The notes below the pieces were generated by a model. It was not told the DNA's origin, ran no database searches, and worked only from the letters and a program-made list of their open reading frames with translations. The position numbers and the translations under genes were made by a program. A DNA stretch of 62,584 nt, the filler included, from Sphacelaria rigidula (taxonomy: Eukaryota): NCBI GenBank assembly GCA_964200075.2. It is 11 parts of 11 records of this genome, joined end to end, with 100 filler letters (N's around TTAATTAATTAA, not from the genome) between each part and the next. Parts side by side here need not be neighbours in the genome. Positions count along the whole stretch, not along the records: positions 11,400 to 16,998 come from CAXNAA020025978.1; positions 17,099 to 22,697 come from CAXNAA020025979.1; positions 22,798 to 28,396 come from CAXNAA020025980.1; 8 more parts are not named here. One strand, written 5' to 3'. The stretch's first letter is position 1; every line of letters starts with the position of its first letter. This document shows positions 11,467 to 24,230 of this stretch, piece by piece.

Positions 11467-13901
11467 TTCGTGTGCAATTCAATGATGATTCTGCACCTGC
11501 CACGCCCAAACCCGTACGTCTGGCGACCCGTTCGGCGACATCGCGTCCTCCATTCGTCACTCATGATAAGTTCAACGAACATGAGTCCAGCCCTTCTTCA
11601 ACGTCGCAACAGAGCCATACTCGTGCTTCTGATCGGCGCCGTACACCGAGACTTGGTCATGACCATGTCTCCCGTTCTAGCAGTTCTAAGGGCCACTCCC
11701 AGCAAAGCTTAAGTTCATCGCGCACTTCCACACGCCCGAAGAATATCGCTCATGCACACAAATATGAAGGTAGTTCACGCCATACTTCCAATTCATCTCG
11801 CGCTCCAAAGCGCCCGGTGAATGCTAACCATGGCCGTACCCACAAGGATGCCTTGCGGCCCATATCAAGTTCGTCGCGCGTAACTCGCGTTCGAACAACT
11901 CCGATCATGCACCTTCGCGCATCTCTACTGCTCAGCCTTTGTCACACAACCGTTGTGTACGCAACGATAACACGGTACATGCTAACGATATCCAAAACAT
12001 ATTTTCGGACATGTCACCGACCCCGGACTCCTCACTTGCAGGATCCGACCGCACCTCATCGCACAGACGACGACAACGCTCTGACCGCGAACCACCGTCC
12101 CGTTCCGACGCTGCGCTTATTCGTTCTCTGCAACAACGTTTGACAGATCTTGAACGACAACTGGCAACAGCCACCATGGACACCAAGGGCACTACCGCTG
12201 CTGCTAACCCTACGAGGGAGACCACCAACGCCGCCCCCACTACCGCCGCAGCCGCCACTATCGTGGTCACTGTGCCTTCTGCAGCAGCCACTGCAACCAC
12301 GACCCCAACTCCTGCTGCCGCCCAGCTTTCAGAAGACATTGATGCGGACAGTGGTCCCACCACTGCCCCTGTCGGGGACGTCTCTGTGCGCTCGCCTCCT
12401 TCGGTGGAGGATCTTCCTCCGCTCGGCGTCGAGCATTGCCCGCCGGGCTTCTCTTGCGATTGTTCCAGGACCGCCTCCGCGTGGAACAAGAACAGCGCAT
12501 CCAAGACTATAAGCGTTAAGCCCCGGCGCTAACTCGCAGTCTACTCGACCAGCAACGCAGTGCTGACGAGGCTGCCGCCCGCCTCCTTTTGGAGGAACAT
12601 GCTGCCAAGCTGAAGGATTTTCAGCGACAGGCTTCACTAGCCCAAGCCACCAAGACGGCGGCACACAGAGCATTGCAGGAAGGGGAGACTACAGCCTTGA
12701 CGGCACAATGGAGGGTTCGCGAGCTACAAGAGCATGTTCGGCGAACTACGCAAGAAGCTGATTCGTCGATGGCGCGGGTGACTCACCATCAAGCCTCCCT
12801 GCCGCCTTCCGCCGACCACTTGCTTAAAGCTCGATCTCCTCGACAGCCCACGCCCACCAGGTCGGACTACGTGATACCACGTAAATCCGACAGCGCGTCC
12901 TCTGTAGCAACCGCCGCCGCCCCCACGCCGTCTCGTGCACCTGGCCCGGCGGTCACTGCCAGCCCCACCACACGCTTGCAACTTGCTTCACATCAACAAG
13001 TATGGCTTTCTCGGTCTGCGGCCGATTATACCGGCCCCTTTCACCGGAACAATCACCTGCACTGTTACCGCCACGCTTGGAACATCATCGCGCAACGCAT
13101 GTCAGCCGTTATTGGCGGCTACGTGGAACAGGGCGGCTTCTTCCCTGATGACGGCGTGTCGGCGATCACCTTGGACCAACTGGTCCTCCAGGCGACAATC
13201 GGCGATAGTCCGAATCTCAACCGGTACGTCGACACTGTCACCAAGCTTTTTGCGGCGCTACGCGCCGCTTCTAGCTCTGATCCCGCCGCGCCTCTCCGCG
13301 ACGATGACGAAGATGAGGATGGGTGGACCACCACGACCTCCAATTTCCGGGGTCACAAGAAGAATTGCCGTCGCGATGACGATGATAACAGTGGCGGGGA
13401 TTCACGCCGCCGCCATGGCGATGGAGGATCCTCTTTGGGCAGCTCCGAATTAAACCGCCCGCCCCGCAAGCAAAAGACAAGCACACCGGAGGCAACTCTT
13501 CGGGCTCATCCACATCGGCCTGGAACCGGTCCGGTGCAGCTCTTCTTCCGCCTCGGGCTCGGAGACCTCCAGGCAAGTAATTCCTAGGTTGGCTGATATT
13601 TCGGGCCGCATTTTTTGGTTTGTCCGATACGGATACACCTGACCGTCCTTTGTCTTCTACTGCAGCCCGCGCTTTAGCAACCGCCGCGGCTGACAAAGAA
13701 CGTTCGGCAGCTAGCAAAAAAGCAGCTTCCGATAGAGCTGAGTCTGCCCAACTAGCTGCAATACAGAGACAGCATATTCAGATGGATGTGAAAAAAATCT
13801 GGCACATCAAAAGCGTGCCTGCCGCGGATAACGAAGATTCGGGCTAGTTTACTTCTGCCCTCATCACGCCCATCCGCCGCATTGTTTGTAACATTCTTCA
13901 C

Positions 13902-15128
13902 TTGGCGGATGTGACTGGCACACAACGTTTCGAAGACTCAGACGGGGTAGAGGGCTGGCAGACTCCGTTGCACAAAGCAATGCATCGATCGATCAGCCGC
14001 CGCTCTCCCGACCTCGCTGCTTCTTTGACGCAGGTGCTCGACGGATTCCTCGCCGAAATGGATCCGGATCGTTCCCAAGGGAAGATAGGCCCGCAATTAC
14101 TCTCTGATTTGGAAAGGCGTCTCATAGGTTACTTCGACAAAAGTGATCAAGCCAGCGTCATCCAGAGGCTGAGTTCTTTTGTGGTCGCATCTGATGTCCC
14201 CTTCGCCGATTATCTCCGCGAATTTAAGCTTTTGGTTTCGGGTACGACGGGTGTCGGACGCCAGAATGGACCGAGCGATGCAATGTGCCAGACTTACGTT
14301 CGCAATAGCGTTGCTCAACAGTATCCGGCTCTGATGCCGTCGTTGTTTCCGGGTGTCTTGGCACATCGCGAAGTGCCTTACGCCTCCGTTGATACTATGT
14401 GGTCTGCTTTTGTACACCAGGAGAGTAATCTAACACCTGCCATACGTGGCAAACCTTCAACTTCTGCGCGTTCACAACCTACGGTTGTGTCCTCCGCTCA
14501 TGCCCAAGGAGCTCGCGGCACGAGTTCGAGCTCGCCTCGCGCTTCATGGACCCCAGACTCAGTCGCCGGTTCAGTTATGCATGTTCAGAGTACCAGAGGT
14601 GCATTTAGCGCGAGTTTTGACGGTTGGCCGTTTTCCGAGGAAACTTGGGATGATGCTTATCTGACTTCAACCACGGCATTCATAACCGATGACCCCCATT
14701 TGTGGAACCCACTTCTTTTGTCTTCCGCTAGACGCAATGCCTTCAGCAGTCATACCAACAGTCGCATCAACTGTAGTGTTCAAGACCACAGCATGCGCGA
14801 CTGTGGCAGTCCATGCATCAATGCCTTTGATCTCATGAACCCTGAATTGCAGGACAATAAACCCGCGTGGCGCCGATGGCAAAAACGCATGCGCGATTAT
14901 CGTCCACCAACTCAAAATTACCGCAGCAATTCAAACCAACGTGACAACCAAAGCTCTAATCGCGGTCGCCGACAAAACAACAATCACGGAAACCCTCGCC
15001 AGAACGATCAAAATTCTTGCGACAACAAACGTTCCGCTGATAGACACCAGCGGATGGGACCGACAGAAAGTTCTATTCCCAACACCAGAAACCCTGGTAC
15101 CTTCACTTCGGATCACTTAGATCCATGA
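13902..15128 (+). pseudogene. Gag-like segment with degenerate CCHC zinc knuckle
   Basis: Capsid-like 'IQRLSSF...FADYLREFKLLV...SDAMCQTYVRNSV'; '(R)INCSVQDHSMRDC' equals CX2CX4HX4C with the first Cys codon TGC read as CGC at 14763; Asn/Gln/Arg-rich tail follows; in-frame TAG just upstream at 13845-13847. Confidence 0.7.
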
Positions 15129-15189
15129 CGTGCCGATGCCGGCGTTCTTCGGTCTTCCACACCGTCGATAGCACGAGCGAAGACTTTTT

Positions 15190-15425
15190 CAACACAGCCC
15201 GCGGAGTCCGTGTCAAAAATTGCTGACTCCACTGCCCCGGCACTATCCAGGAGCGTAACTTACGGCCGTTCATATCGACCCCCGTCTCGAATCTCCACAC
15301 AATTTTCAACACAGCCCACAGAGCCCGCGACCAAGATTGTCCTCCCGGCTCTCCCGGCACTATGCAGGAGTGCATCTGATGGCCGTTCAAATCTACCCCG
15401 TCTTCATCCCTCCACACACCGCGTA
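15190..15425 (+). repeat. 117-bp tandem duplication in the gag-protease linker
   Basis: 'aacacagccc...cccggcactat.caggag...ggccgttca...ctccacaca' begins at 15191 and 15308. Confidence 0.8.
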
Positions 15426-16267
15426 ACAGTTGTGTCACCCCGCGCCTCAGATCTACACCCGGCACTGAACTTGGTCCTTCAGTACCGTGTATAGGTCTTA
15501 GGTGTGGGAAGACCAACCGCCGGTCCCTGAGGCAAAGGCTTTCCTCAGCCACCGCACGCACAGGTAGCAGCAAGCCTTTTTCAGCTGACCCAAGTGTTGC
15601 TGATTTGAACCTGACCACATCGGATCATGTGATTCCCGAACAGTTCGATCGGGCTCCTTCCCCGCGATTTTTCAAACGCACGGACCTACCTTCGGCCGGT
15701 TTTACTAACAACCGCCCCAACATATCTTCGACTATGCCCCAACAGCCAAACTTGCCTACGGAAAGCAGCCCACAAGTTTCGCTCCGTCATGCCCCGATGC
15801 TGACCCCATCCACGCAACTGGACGCAGTTGTGGTATCATCCGCAAATATTTTGGAAGTTCCCCGACCTTTGTCACGGCGAAAGAGAAAGCCCCGTAAGCA
15901 TACCCCCAAGGATGCGCGCGCATCATTACGTACATCTCTTTCGAGCGGAAATCCTCGACCTCAATTTTTCCAAAATGCGACCACTTTGAGCTCGATGGCT
16001 CTATCAAGTATCCCGGAAGAAACAAAATTACATGATTCTGACGGCACTACTTTTTCACTCGACGACTCCAGTCCCGCACATCCTGGATCCCCGTTTGACG
16101 GTGATCCCTGTTAACCAAAGACGAGAATTTACGAAATCGCCCATCGCTGCGCCACACCTGGAAAAAATATACCGTCCACCTCCTTCTCTGGTGAAACATC
16201 TGACCCACCGGCGGATCATCTACCGTGCGTTTTTGCTGTCAGCCCCGCTGATCCTGACCAGTTTACC

Positions 16268-16840
16268 TTGCCGGAACACGATCCGGATCTTGTCGGCGGC
16301 AAAGTGTCTGTCGATCCGGCCACTTTTACTACTCGCGTTGCGATCCATGCCGGTCCAAACGCTATCACGCCTACAAAATGCGTATTCCTGTTGGACAGCG
16401 GCAGCTCGCAAACGTTTATACGAGAATCAACATGGAAACACATGAAACAGACCGGCGCTGCTACTGCGCCTTGCGAAACCACCACCAAACCTCGCGTGTG
16501 GGGCGGCTTCGGTGACTCTGCCGCGCCACTGACGACCCATAAATCCGTACGTCTCAGTGTGCAATTCTTTCACAACACCACTCGATCTGCCAGCCTGGCA
16601 GTCTGCGCATACGTTGTCCCCGACAGCACCATGCATCACGCCATATTATTGGGCAGATGTAGCTATATGCGGTTTAATAAACGCACCTACCGCACGCTTC
16701 CACCATTAACGTCACATTTCCCGCCGCGTGGGGAATTCAACCTCGAGCACTTCGGTGCTCTCCACGGCGCCCTGGCTTATCAGAAGAATCCTCACGCAAC
16801 CGGAGCTGCTTACCACCTACGGACTGCTGCCGAGATAGCC
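16268..16840 (+). pseudogene. Retroviral-type aspartic protease (retropepsin) segment
   Basis: Catalytic 'CVFLLDSGSSQTFI', flap-like 'VWGGFG' and C-terminal 'AILLGR' motifs; sequence changes character after the C run at ~16840. Confidence 0.85.
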
Positions 16841-17289
16841 CCCCCCCCGAACCGGCCGAAAAAGTGCACGGAGGCGATGATTTTAAATGCCGTTATAGCG
16901 GATTCGTGCTGCACGACGCGACTCATGCATGCGTTATAGCTGATTTCGGACTGCTACACGCCTCTCATGTGGGCGAAATTGCTGCAAACGAGCCCAATNN
17001 NNNNNNNNNNNNNNNNNNNNNNNNNNNNNNNNNNNNNNNNNNTTAATTAATTAANNNNNNNNNNNNNNNNNNNNNNNNNNNNNNNNNNNNNNNNNNNNCG
17101 TGAAGATTTTGCCTCCCAAAACCGTGCACTTTTTTTGGGGGGGGGCTATCGTAGAAAGTGTCCTAGCTGGGATATCCATTTAGGACCTCACATCCACGTA
17201 GGACTCCTGCGGGACGCTCGATATATGGGTATACAGCGCGACGTTTTGTAGGCGCGTGCTAATCAAATTTCAAGCCCTATCAGTGCGGA

Positions 17290-17510
17290 CTGCCCTGTAC
17301 TCCACTAGCACAAGCTAGCCCAGATGGATTTCCCTCCCGTGCACGCTACACTTTACCCCACTCGCACACGCTAGCCCAGACGAACGCCGTGCCAGCACAC
17401 ACTGTACGGCACTCTACCAGCGAACACTAGCCCAGGTTTACGCCAAAACAGCACACTCTGCAGTATGTACCAGCACATGCTAGCTCAGATGTATGATCGC
17501 CAGCGCACGA
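17290..17510. repeat. Diverged ~55-bp tandem repeat (4 units)
   Basis: Core '(g)ctagc(c/t)cag' recurs at ~17314, 17370, 17427 and 17479. Confidence 0.65.
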
Positions 17511-19212
17511 GTTATCAACGGGTTTAGGTCAGGATTACGATTACGGTTGGGGTCCGTGGTCAACTTGAGTTCTTAGCGAGGCCTTGCATACGGAGGAAAA
17601 AACGCGGACAAGGGAGATTAGTCTCAGCATTGAAAACTTCCTAGGTAAACGTCCACGTTTCATTCTGATGTCTGTCTGGGGCATCCCAGGTCCACATGGG
17701 AATCGCAGATGAGCGCTCGATGGGGATCCCAAATGGAAATTCATGCCCTAGATACATATCCCGAGTGGATATCCCACGTGATCCTAGGAATCGTCGGATA
17801 TATATTCATACCTTCGATCGATGCAGCAGGTGTATATCAGTATCTATACTCCCCACCTGAGACGTCGGTACGAGACATTAACGTTCAACTGGGACCCGAG
17901 GTTTGTCCAAGACCTGATGTTTATCTATACAGCCTGAACTGGGATGTGCATGGGAACTGGTGGATGTCCACGTCGCATATTCCGCCATGAGACACTTTAC
18001 TATTTCGGGGAACGTTTCCCAGGTGCTAGCTTACGCCCATAGCGCGGAGTAGTGTGCATTCTCAGGGCAACCAGCCGGGCTGGCGTGCGCTGGTACAGCG
18101 CGGTGCAGTGCCCGCTTCTAGGACATACATCTTGGCTAGCGTGCGCTGATAGGACGATACATCACGTAAGCATGCATGTTCCAAACGAATGTCCATGTTC
18201 CAGATGGAGATAGAAGAATATTCCAAGTCTTTGGCATCTGCTGGGATCAACCATCGACACTTGTAGCTGGAAATATATCCCATGCAGTACAAGGTCTGCG
18301 GCTGACGCCGAAGTGCTCAGCGAGAGCGATCCCAGACAAAGCACTATTTTCGGTAGCGATCATATTTGAGGACAAACTATTGCTCAAGAGTGGCTATTTG
18401 TCAGGAGCAGTCCTTCGAAGGTCAGCGGCATGAGAGCTGGAACAAAGCTTGTGAAATTAGGAGCTTATCATCGCGCACGATTATGATACTGAAACCTTCG
18501 TACAGAGAGGAAGCAGGTGTACCCCGTTTCGGTACAAATAATCCGTGGTTGGCACATACCGTGTTTTCGTCAAACTACAACGTATGCCTGAACCCCGAAC
18601 CCAACCGAAGGCAGACCCAGAACCCTCGGACAAACGAGCTGCGTTGGATACCATCGGCGAAGGGTGCTTTGTTTCGAGGCGCCCACTTGAGCCAAAATGA
18701 GTGCTGTGCGCACTGGTCACACGCTGGGCGAGCGTGCGGGAGTTCGAACGCGGTAAGCATGCGAGTATGATGGTCTCCACAAAAAATAAGCACACATTCC
18801 ACTTTTCCTTATTCACACCGAACCGGTGTGAGCCTCATTGACAAGCAACCATAGCGGCACAGCGGATAGCGGCTGGAGTAATGCTTTGAAGAACCTAACG
18901 TCAACGCATCCGACGCCACACACGTCATCAGACTACCACGAGATGTGTCGGGGTGGGGGGTGGTGAGGGGTGTTGGTCACGACGCTCTGCCGGAAGAGAG
19001 TAACGCGCCCGCAACGTCTGCTACAAACATTCGAAGCATCATTTCCACCTTATTCACCTGCAAATAAGAGAGAGGTACGCGCCGTCCACGCTGCCAAAAG
19101 ATGATTTGAAAATCAAGATCACCTGCCCGTCTGCAAATATGCATACCGTTGAGAAACAGTAGGGTTTCACGTTTTGCACGAACCAATTAGGGCCCAAGGA
19201 AATCTCGAGGGG

Positions 19213-19327
19213 GGGGGGGGGGGAGAGAGTGGGGGCGTGGCGGAGCGGGTTGGGAATTGACGTACTCATTTGTTGCTTGCCGTAGTCGTTTGACCATTGA
19301 CCACGCATCCCTTTCGAGACGGAGCGC
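19213..19327 (-). mobile_element. Short oligo(C)-tailed repeat copy with 13-bp TSD
   Basis: Flanks AAATCTCGAGGGG (19200-19212) and AAATCTCCAGGGG (19328-19340) match 12/13; carries the family terminal motif and a C-rich tail on the minus strand. Confidence 0.7.
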
Positions 19328-19550
19328 AAATCTCCAGGGGAGATGGAAAAAAAAACCCGGGGGAAGAGAAATTAGAGGTCTTCGAACGGAAAACAAATAA
19401 CGGCAATTTTTGAGTCACAGGGCCCGAGAAAGGGCAAAAATAAAGCACATACTAGGCTCTCAGATCTCCGAAAACGGATGCGATCTGGGCGCAAATATTT
19501 ATCAAAATACATATTCAGGATGGCTCTATGCCACGCAGGCTCCCACGCAC

Positions 19551-21578
19551 CTCGTCATCTTCATCGACCGGAGGCTCCTCTTCTGGTTCCTCATCCAGCG
19601 GGAGAGAAGGGTCTCCTCTTAGTCTTCCTCCCGTGGCCTCCGCTTGAGCAGCGTAGTCGGCAGTCAATATTGGCATTTGGCGTAGCGACGTATCCGTGCT
19701 CATGCAAAAGTAAAACTGCGACACGCGACGAATATAACAAGGGTTGGAGGGACCGTTGGATAGGTGTCGGGTGGGGAGATAGCGGCTGGGACGGCGACAT
19801 TTTCACGGGGTAGCGACATTTCCGTCTTGCCTTCTGTGGCTGTCGACTTCCGTCTAAGTTATTGTAGCTATCCCGTCCTCTAGGCAGTAACCCAGTGTGA
19901 GGGAGCGTAGTCCGCAATTTGTCGGACGCTTCAAGGATTCACAGCTGTGATCACGACATTGGAACCGGTGAGTCGGTGTTGATTTTATGGCTTTCCTCTA
20001 GTGCTTACGCCCGAATCACCCGGGAAAGCTGCTACCGGGAGCCCGGCTGCACAATCGTGACGCTCAGGACAAGGATGAACAAGAGCGGTCGCGCGACTTC
20101 ATGCGCTCGGCGCCGTAGTCGAACATTTGAAATGAAGATATGTGTCAGGCCTGAAAAAGATATTACAGACATCGAATTCGCCCATCAAAACAGAGATGGT
20201 GCTACCTTTCTCATTCGAGCGACACGGCGCATTGCTTTGCTCGCACGCTCCACTACAACGTCAGCGTTGGTGCGCAACCGCAGTTGCTCATTACTTCGAG
20301 GTTGGTCAAGAAGCACTCGGTGTGTCCGTGTCTTGATTCTTGTACGACAATAATTGTTACTGACTAGTGCGATACCTACTTCACACGTGAGGATAATGCG
20401 ATATATGTAGATGTGCGTATCCTGAATTAACAAAATCCGCACGGCCATTCGTGAAACGTTTCCACACTCATGCCCCCGGAACTGAATTCAAGTAAAAACG
20501 ACAGAAGAACGGCCCTGATCTACAAAGCCTTACATGCACGTACATGGAACATCATGACAGAGTACTAGCACGCACATAAATAACAGTGTTGTGTGAATAC
20601 CTTTTTGATAGGAAAGTCGCCATCTTCCAGTTTGGGCGTCGCCAACGCGTAGCACACGAGGTAATCATTCTCGTTCCCTTCCACCTTGCCCCAAAATACC
20701 ATTCTGCTCTCCAACCGCTCCTCACGCTCTCGCTGCATCATGGAAACCTGAAAATTGCGGGGCACGTCGTGATGAAGTACACTGTCGGGAGATACACGCG
20801 TGCGTTCGGGTGTGCTTGTGAAATTATTGGTCATCGTAGATGGAGCGGGTCAGCTCGTACATCAGCGCCGGTGGTGATGGGTTTTTGACGACTCGTTAAT
20901 CCGCAATGAATCGAATCACGCCGATCACGAAGGTACAGCTCAGGGCGCTTCATCACACGTGATCGCGTTTGAAGTGCACCTTTTGTATCCGAAAAAACGT
21001 GTCGGTTCAGTGGGATGCTACAGTAGGGGTATATGCTGTTGGTTTGAAGCTCGTATTCTTCAAGGCCTGGTGGAGTGGGGGTGCTGTAGACTCTAGCCAC
21101 AATTGTTACCTAAGGTTAGGGACATTGTGTAGGTGGAGTTGCGGGTCTGATTGCCGGACTCTGTGATGGGCGACCTCCATGACGTGAGGCTTGGTTTTGC
21201 TGCTCTGGTGGAGATAGGCTATGGTCTTGTTCTCCTGTACTATGCTGAGGGTTAATACATGAATAACTCAAGCTGCTGAAGTTCATGTGCCCGTGATGAG
21301 AGGAGTCCACATGGCGATTTGATCTTGAGTGACAGAAGTCTATAGGCTGCAGGAAGCCAGCGTTTCTGGGTCGTTGACTCAACCTCTAATAAGTGACTTT
21401 ATCCGCGGCGGGCCTTCATGTGTCGAAGAAAAATATACGCTTGCGCAGTTTGTATGTTGCACTTAACCCTTTTTATCATGGAAAACTGATTGCCCACCTG
21501 TAGTCCAGATCGTTCCGAAACACTGAGTGTTTTGCCAGACGGCCCCAGTAAATCGATGTGTCGAGAAATGTCCACCAT
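19551..21578 (-). CDS. RSPH9: Radial spoke head protein 9, first three exons (3' part not found in contig)
   Basis: Exons 21578-21498 (MVDISRHIDLLGPSGKTLSVSERSGLQ), 20747-20601 (VSMMQREREERLESRMVFWGKVEGNENDYLVCYALATPKLEDGDFPIKK) and 19715-19551 (FYFCMSTDTSLRQMP...GRLRGDPSLPLDEEPEEE...), all phase 0 with GT-AG. FWGKxxGxxxDY, KKFY and GRxxGDPS are RSP9 motifs. Confidence 0.92.
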
Positions 21579-22464
21579 CTTGTTTCGTTCACCTATCCGC
21601 TCTGATTTGAGGCAATCCTGTGCGCCTTCACGTCACTGGCGGTTCTGACGAAGAGTAAAATGAGGACGTGGTAGGAACGACGCGATTCGCCTTCGATGGG
21701 AATAAGCAGTGGGTAACAGCAACGAGACATAAAACGACTTGACCACAGCTTATTCGGATGGACTTGCCGAGACGGATGCGCATCTCTTTCATTCGGTGTT
21801 CTGATCTTGTTTGTGTCGTTCCGTAGACAACATTGTATCTAGTACGTCGCAGACGGCGAGAACGGGACATCTTCATACTAGCCACTCGCGCTCCTTTCAT
21901 GCACCATTCTTCCCAGTTTTTCACGGCCGTGGCGCCCCGACCACCAGTACGGCAACAGTGTCTTCTGAAGGATACGATCGACCCATCTTGACAGCTTTGT
22001 TGGATGTTTTGTGCACAGCTCGTGCGCAGAATCAGTTCGAGTGCCTGCTCGATCCATGACTGTGGCTATATGTGACAATGGAAGAGCTGCAGCACCTGAG
22101 AAATACCCTTGCGAGACACGATTGCCTGATCACAACGGGGAATTCAGCAGGTTGAAATGTGACCTCTTGACCAGGGTGGGTTATCGTTGAATTGGCATCA
22201 TTTTTACTTGAAACGTGACTGACACTCGGATAACTCACCCTGGCGCTGGAAAGATTAACAATAAGCTACGAGCTGGGCCAGCCAATAATTCGTTTCGGGG
22301 GTCGAAGATGTTTGCCATGCTTAATTTCAGGAGTTGGGAACTGATATTCGGACAAGAGATTCATATTATCCATACGCGGAAGGTAGCGAAAGCAGTGACA
22401 GCACACGAGAATAGCAAACAGAAGATTAGAGCGGTTTGAAATTATTCACACGTCGGACAGATCA

Positions 22465-22697
22465 GCTCCCTATAGCTCGAGCTTGCTCTTTTTGAACGTA
22501 GCTCCCTAGTGAGCTATGAGAGCTGCTTGAGCTACGCATGTTTTTCCTGGGGTGAGCTATGAGAGCTGTATGAGCTACGCATGTTTGCCCTGGATGAGCT
22601 ACCAACCCGTAGCTCATCAGCTCATATTCGCCCTGGATGAGCTATGGGAGCTGTATGAGCTACGCACGTTTGCGATAGGTGAGCTACCAACCCGTAG
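22465..22697. repeat. GAGCT-rich tandem/satellite repeat (~40-45-bp units), runs into contig end
   Basis: Repeated 'gagctatgagagctgtatgagctacgcatgttt..cctgg' and 'gagctaccaacccgtag'. Confidence 0.85.
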
Positions 22698-23054
22698 NNN
22701 NNNNNNNNNNNNNNNNNNNNNNNNNNNNNNNNNNNNNNNNNTTAATTAATTAANNNNNNNNNNNNNNNNNNNNNNNNNNNNNNNNNNNNNNNNNNNNCCC
22801 GCGTGTCCCTGCCCGTCTTTCGAGGAATGCGAGCTCAATTGTCTCGCGACTATGGTAGCCATTATCATGATCACCCCCCCCCCCCCCCCCCACGAAAAAC
22901 TCCAGGCCTCACGAAAGGGGCATAAAGTCTCGAATTTTGTTTTTGGGCACTCTTGTCAAGAGGGCTGTTTTTTTCGTCGTTGATCGGAGTGAGGCCTCGG
23001 TAGCCCCCCCTGCAGAAAAGGGATGTGTTTCAGAAGGCCATATCTACGTACGAA

Positions 23055-24230
23055 TCAAAATGATAATTGCCGAGCGCACCGAGTAGCTGGGAAACTGGTA
23101 CGCTTGGGACAACACCCGTCAATGTCGTCCCCATGGGGCACTTCATGCGGTCTGAAACCAGCTGCCACGCAATGCACAATTATTTTCTTCGTAATAATTT
23201 TGGGCCTGGTGTGGAGGTCGGCTTTCGCGTCCTCATGCAGGGGGTATGGCATTTCGACTTCAAACGGCCTGAACTTTCTGCTTTCCCCCTCCTCGTAAAA
23301 TGTCGGTCACTTTGCTCGCATCGATGGTTTGATGCTTGAAAACAAAAGCTCGTAAGTCTGGAAACGTTCGCTGTGCAAACCTGGTCGAGCGAAACAAAAT
23401 GGCTGCGGACTGGCCCAGGTCGTACAGCGATTCAAAGCGGGACATGCATGTCAAAGAAGCTCATCGCTGGTCTACTAGACAGTATCCCATTCTACTGCAG
23501 ACCGTTACTCCCGCCTCGCGCACGTACGTTCCTGAAACGAACAAAGTCGCCTTCCACAATATCCGGACACCATTTTGCAGTGTACCAGCACGAAGGTGGT
23601 AGCATTGACCCTTTCAATTGCAAACCCCGCGAAGCATCTTCTTGCACCGGCCCAGGAGCTTCGAGCAAAAATCATCATCCGTAAGCGTTACAAAACCAAG
23701 TCTTCACTCAAAAACGCCACGGCAGTTCTACCGAACCGATTATACAAATCGCATGAAGGGAGTCCTATAGAATTACCGTCCGCAGTTCCACATGCTTCTT
23801 TTAAATCCAATACAGTGTCTGCGGAGTGCCCGGTGATGCTCTCCACGAGGCGATCCACCGACCTGCGGTTGATGGCCTAGTTCTCGAGCTCGTTTATGAG
23901 AGTCACCGTGAAAGCGTAGGGATCACAGCCCATCATATTCAGAGAACGCAAAATTGTTTTCTTCTTGGAATGGTCCTGCTCATGCAGGTTGAAAAAGACG
24001 CCCACCAATTCGTGACACGCCCTGATCTCACCGAGCAAAGCTAGACACTGCGGGCCGTGATTTGTCTCATCAGGTCCATCTGAGGATAGGCACAGTCCAG
24101 CGCACTTTCCGAGAGAGGATGAGGTTTTCAATCGTGAGGCGGGCGGTTTGATGTTGAAGGGCAGACCGTTGCCTTGAAACAATCCCTCCTTACTCGTACT
24201 TTCTCCAGGATTGCAGCCGGATAGTGAAAC
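23055..24230 (-). pseudogene. Degenerate coding relic of unknown family
   Basis: After an acceptor-like 'cttgcag' near 24231, protein-like text continues ~1.2 kb through single stops and frame changes (…ELEN*AINRRSVDRLVESITG…LTDDDFCSKLLGRCKKMLRG…SRFESLYDLGQSAAILFRSTRF…). No motif recognised. Confidence 0.35.

Larger units (their letters stand above)
11470..16840 (+). mobile_element. Degenerate LTR-type retrotransposon gag-protease region (Ty3/Gypsy-like suspected); RT, integrase and LTRs not in contig
   Basis: Chain of same-strand, intronless ORFs (11421-12143, 11939-12532, 12589-13587, 13620-13847, 13902-15128, 15605-16114, 16268-16939) broken by stops and frameshifts, with gag-like, zinc-knuckle and retropepsin motifs in canonical order. 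Confidence 0.8.
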
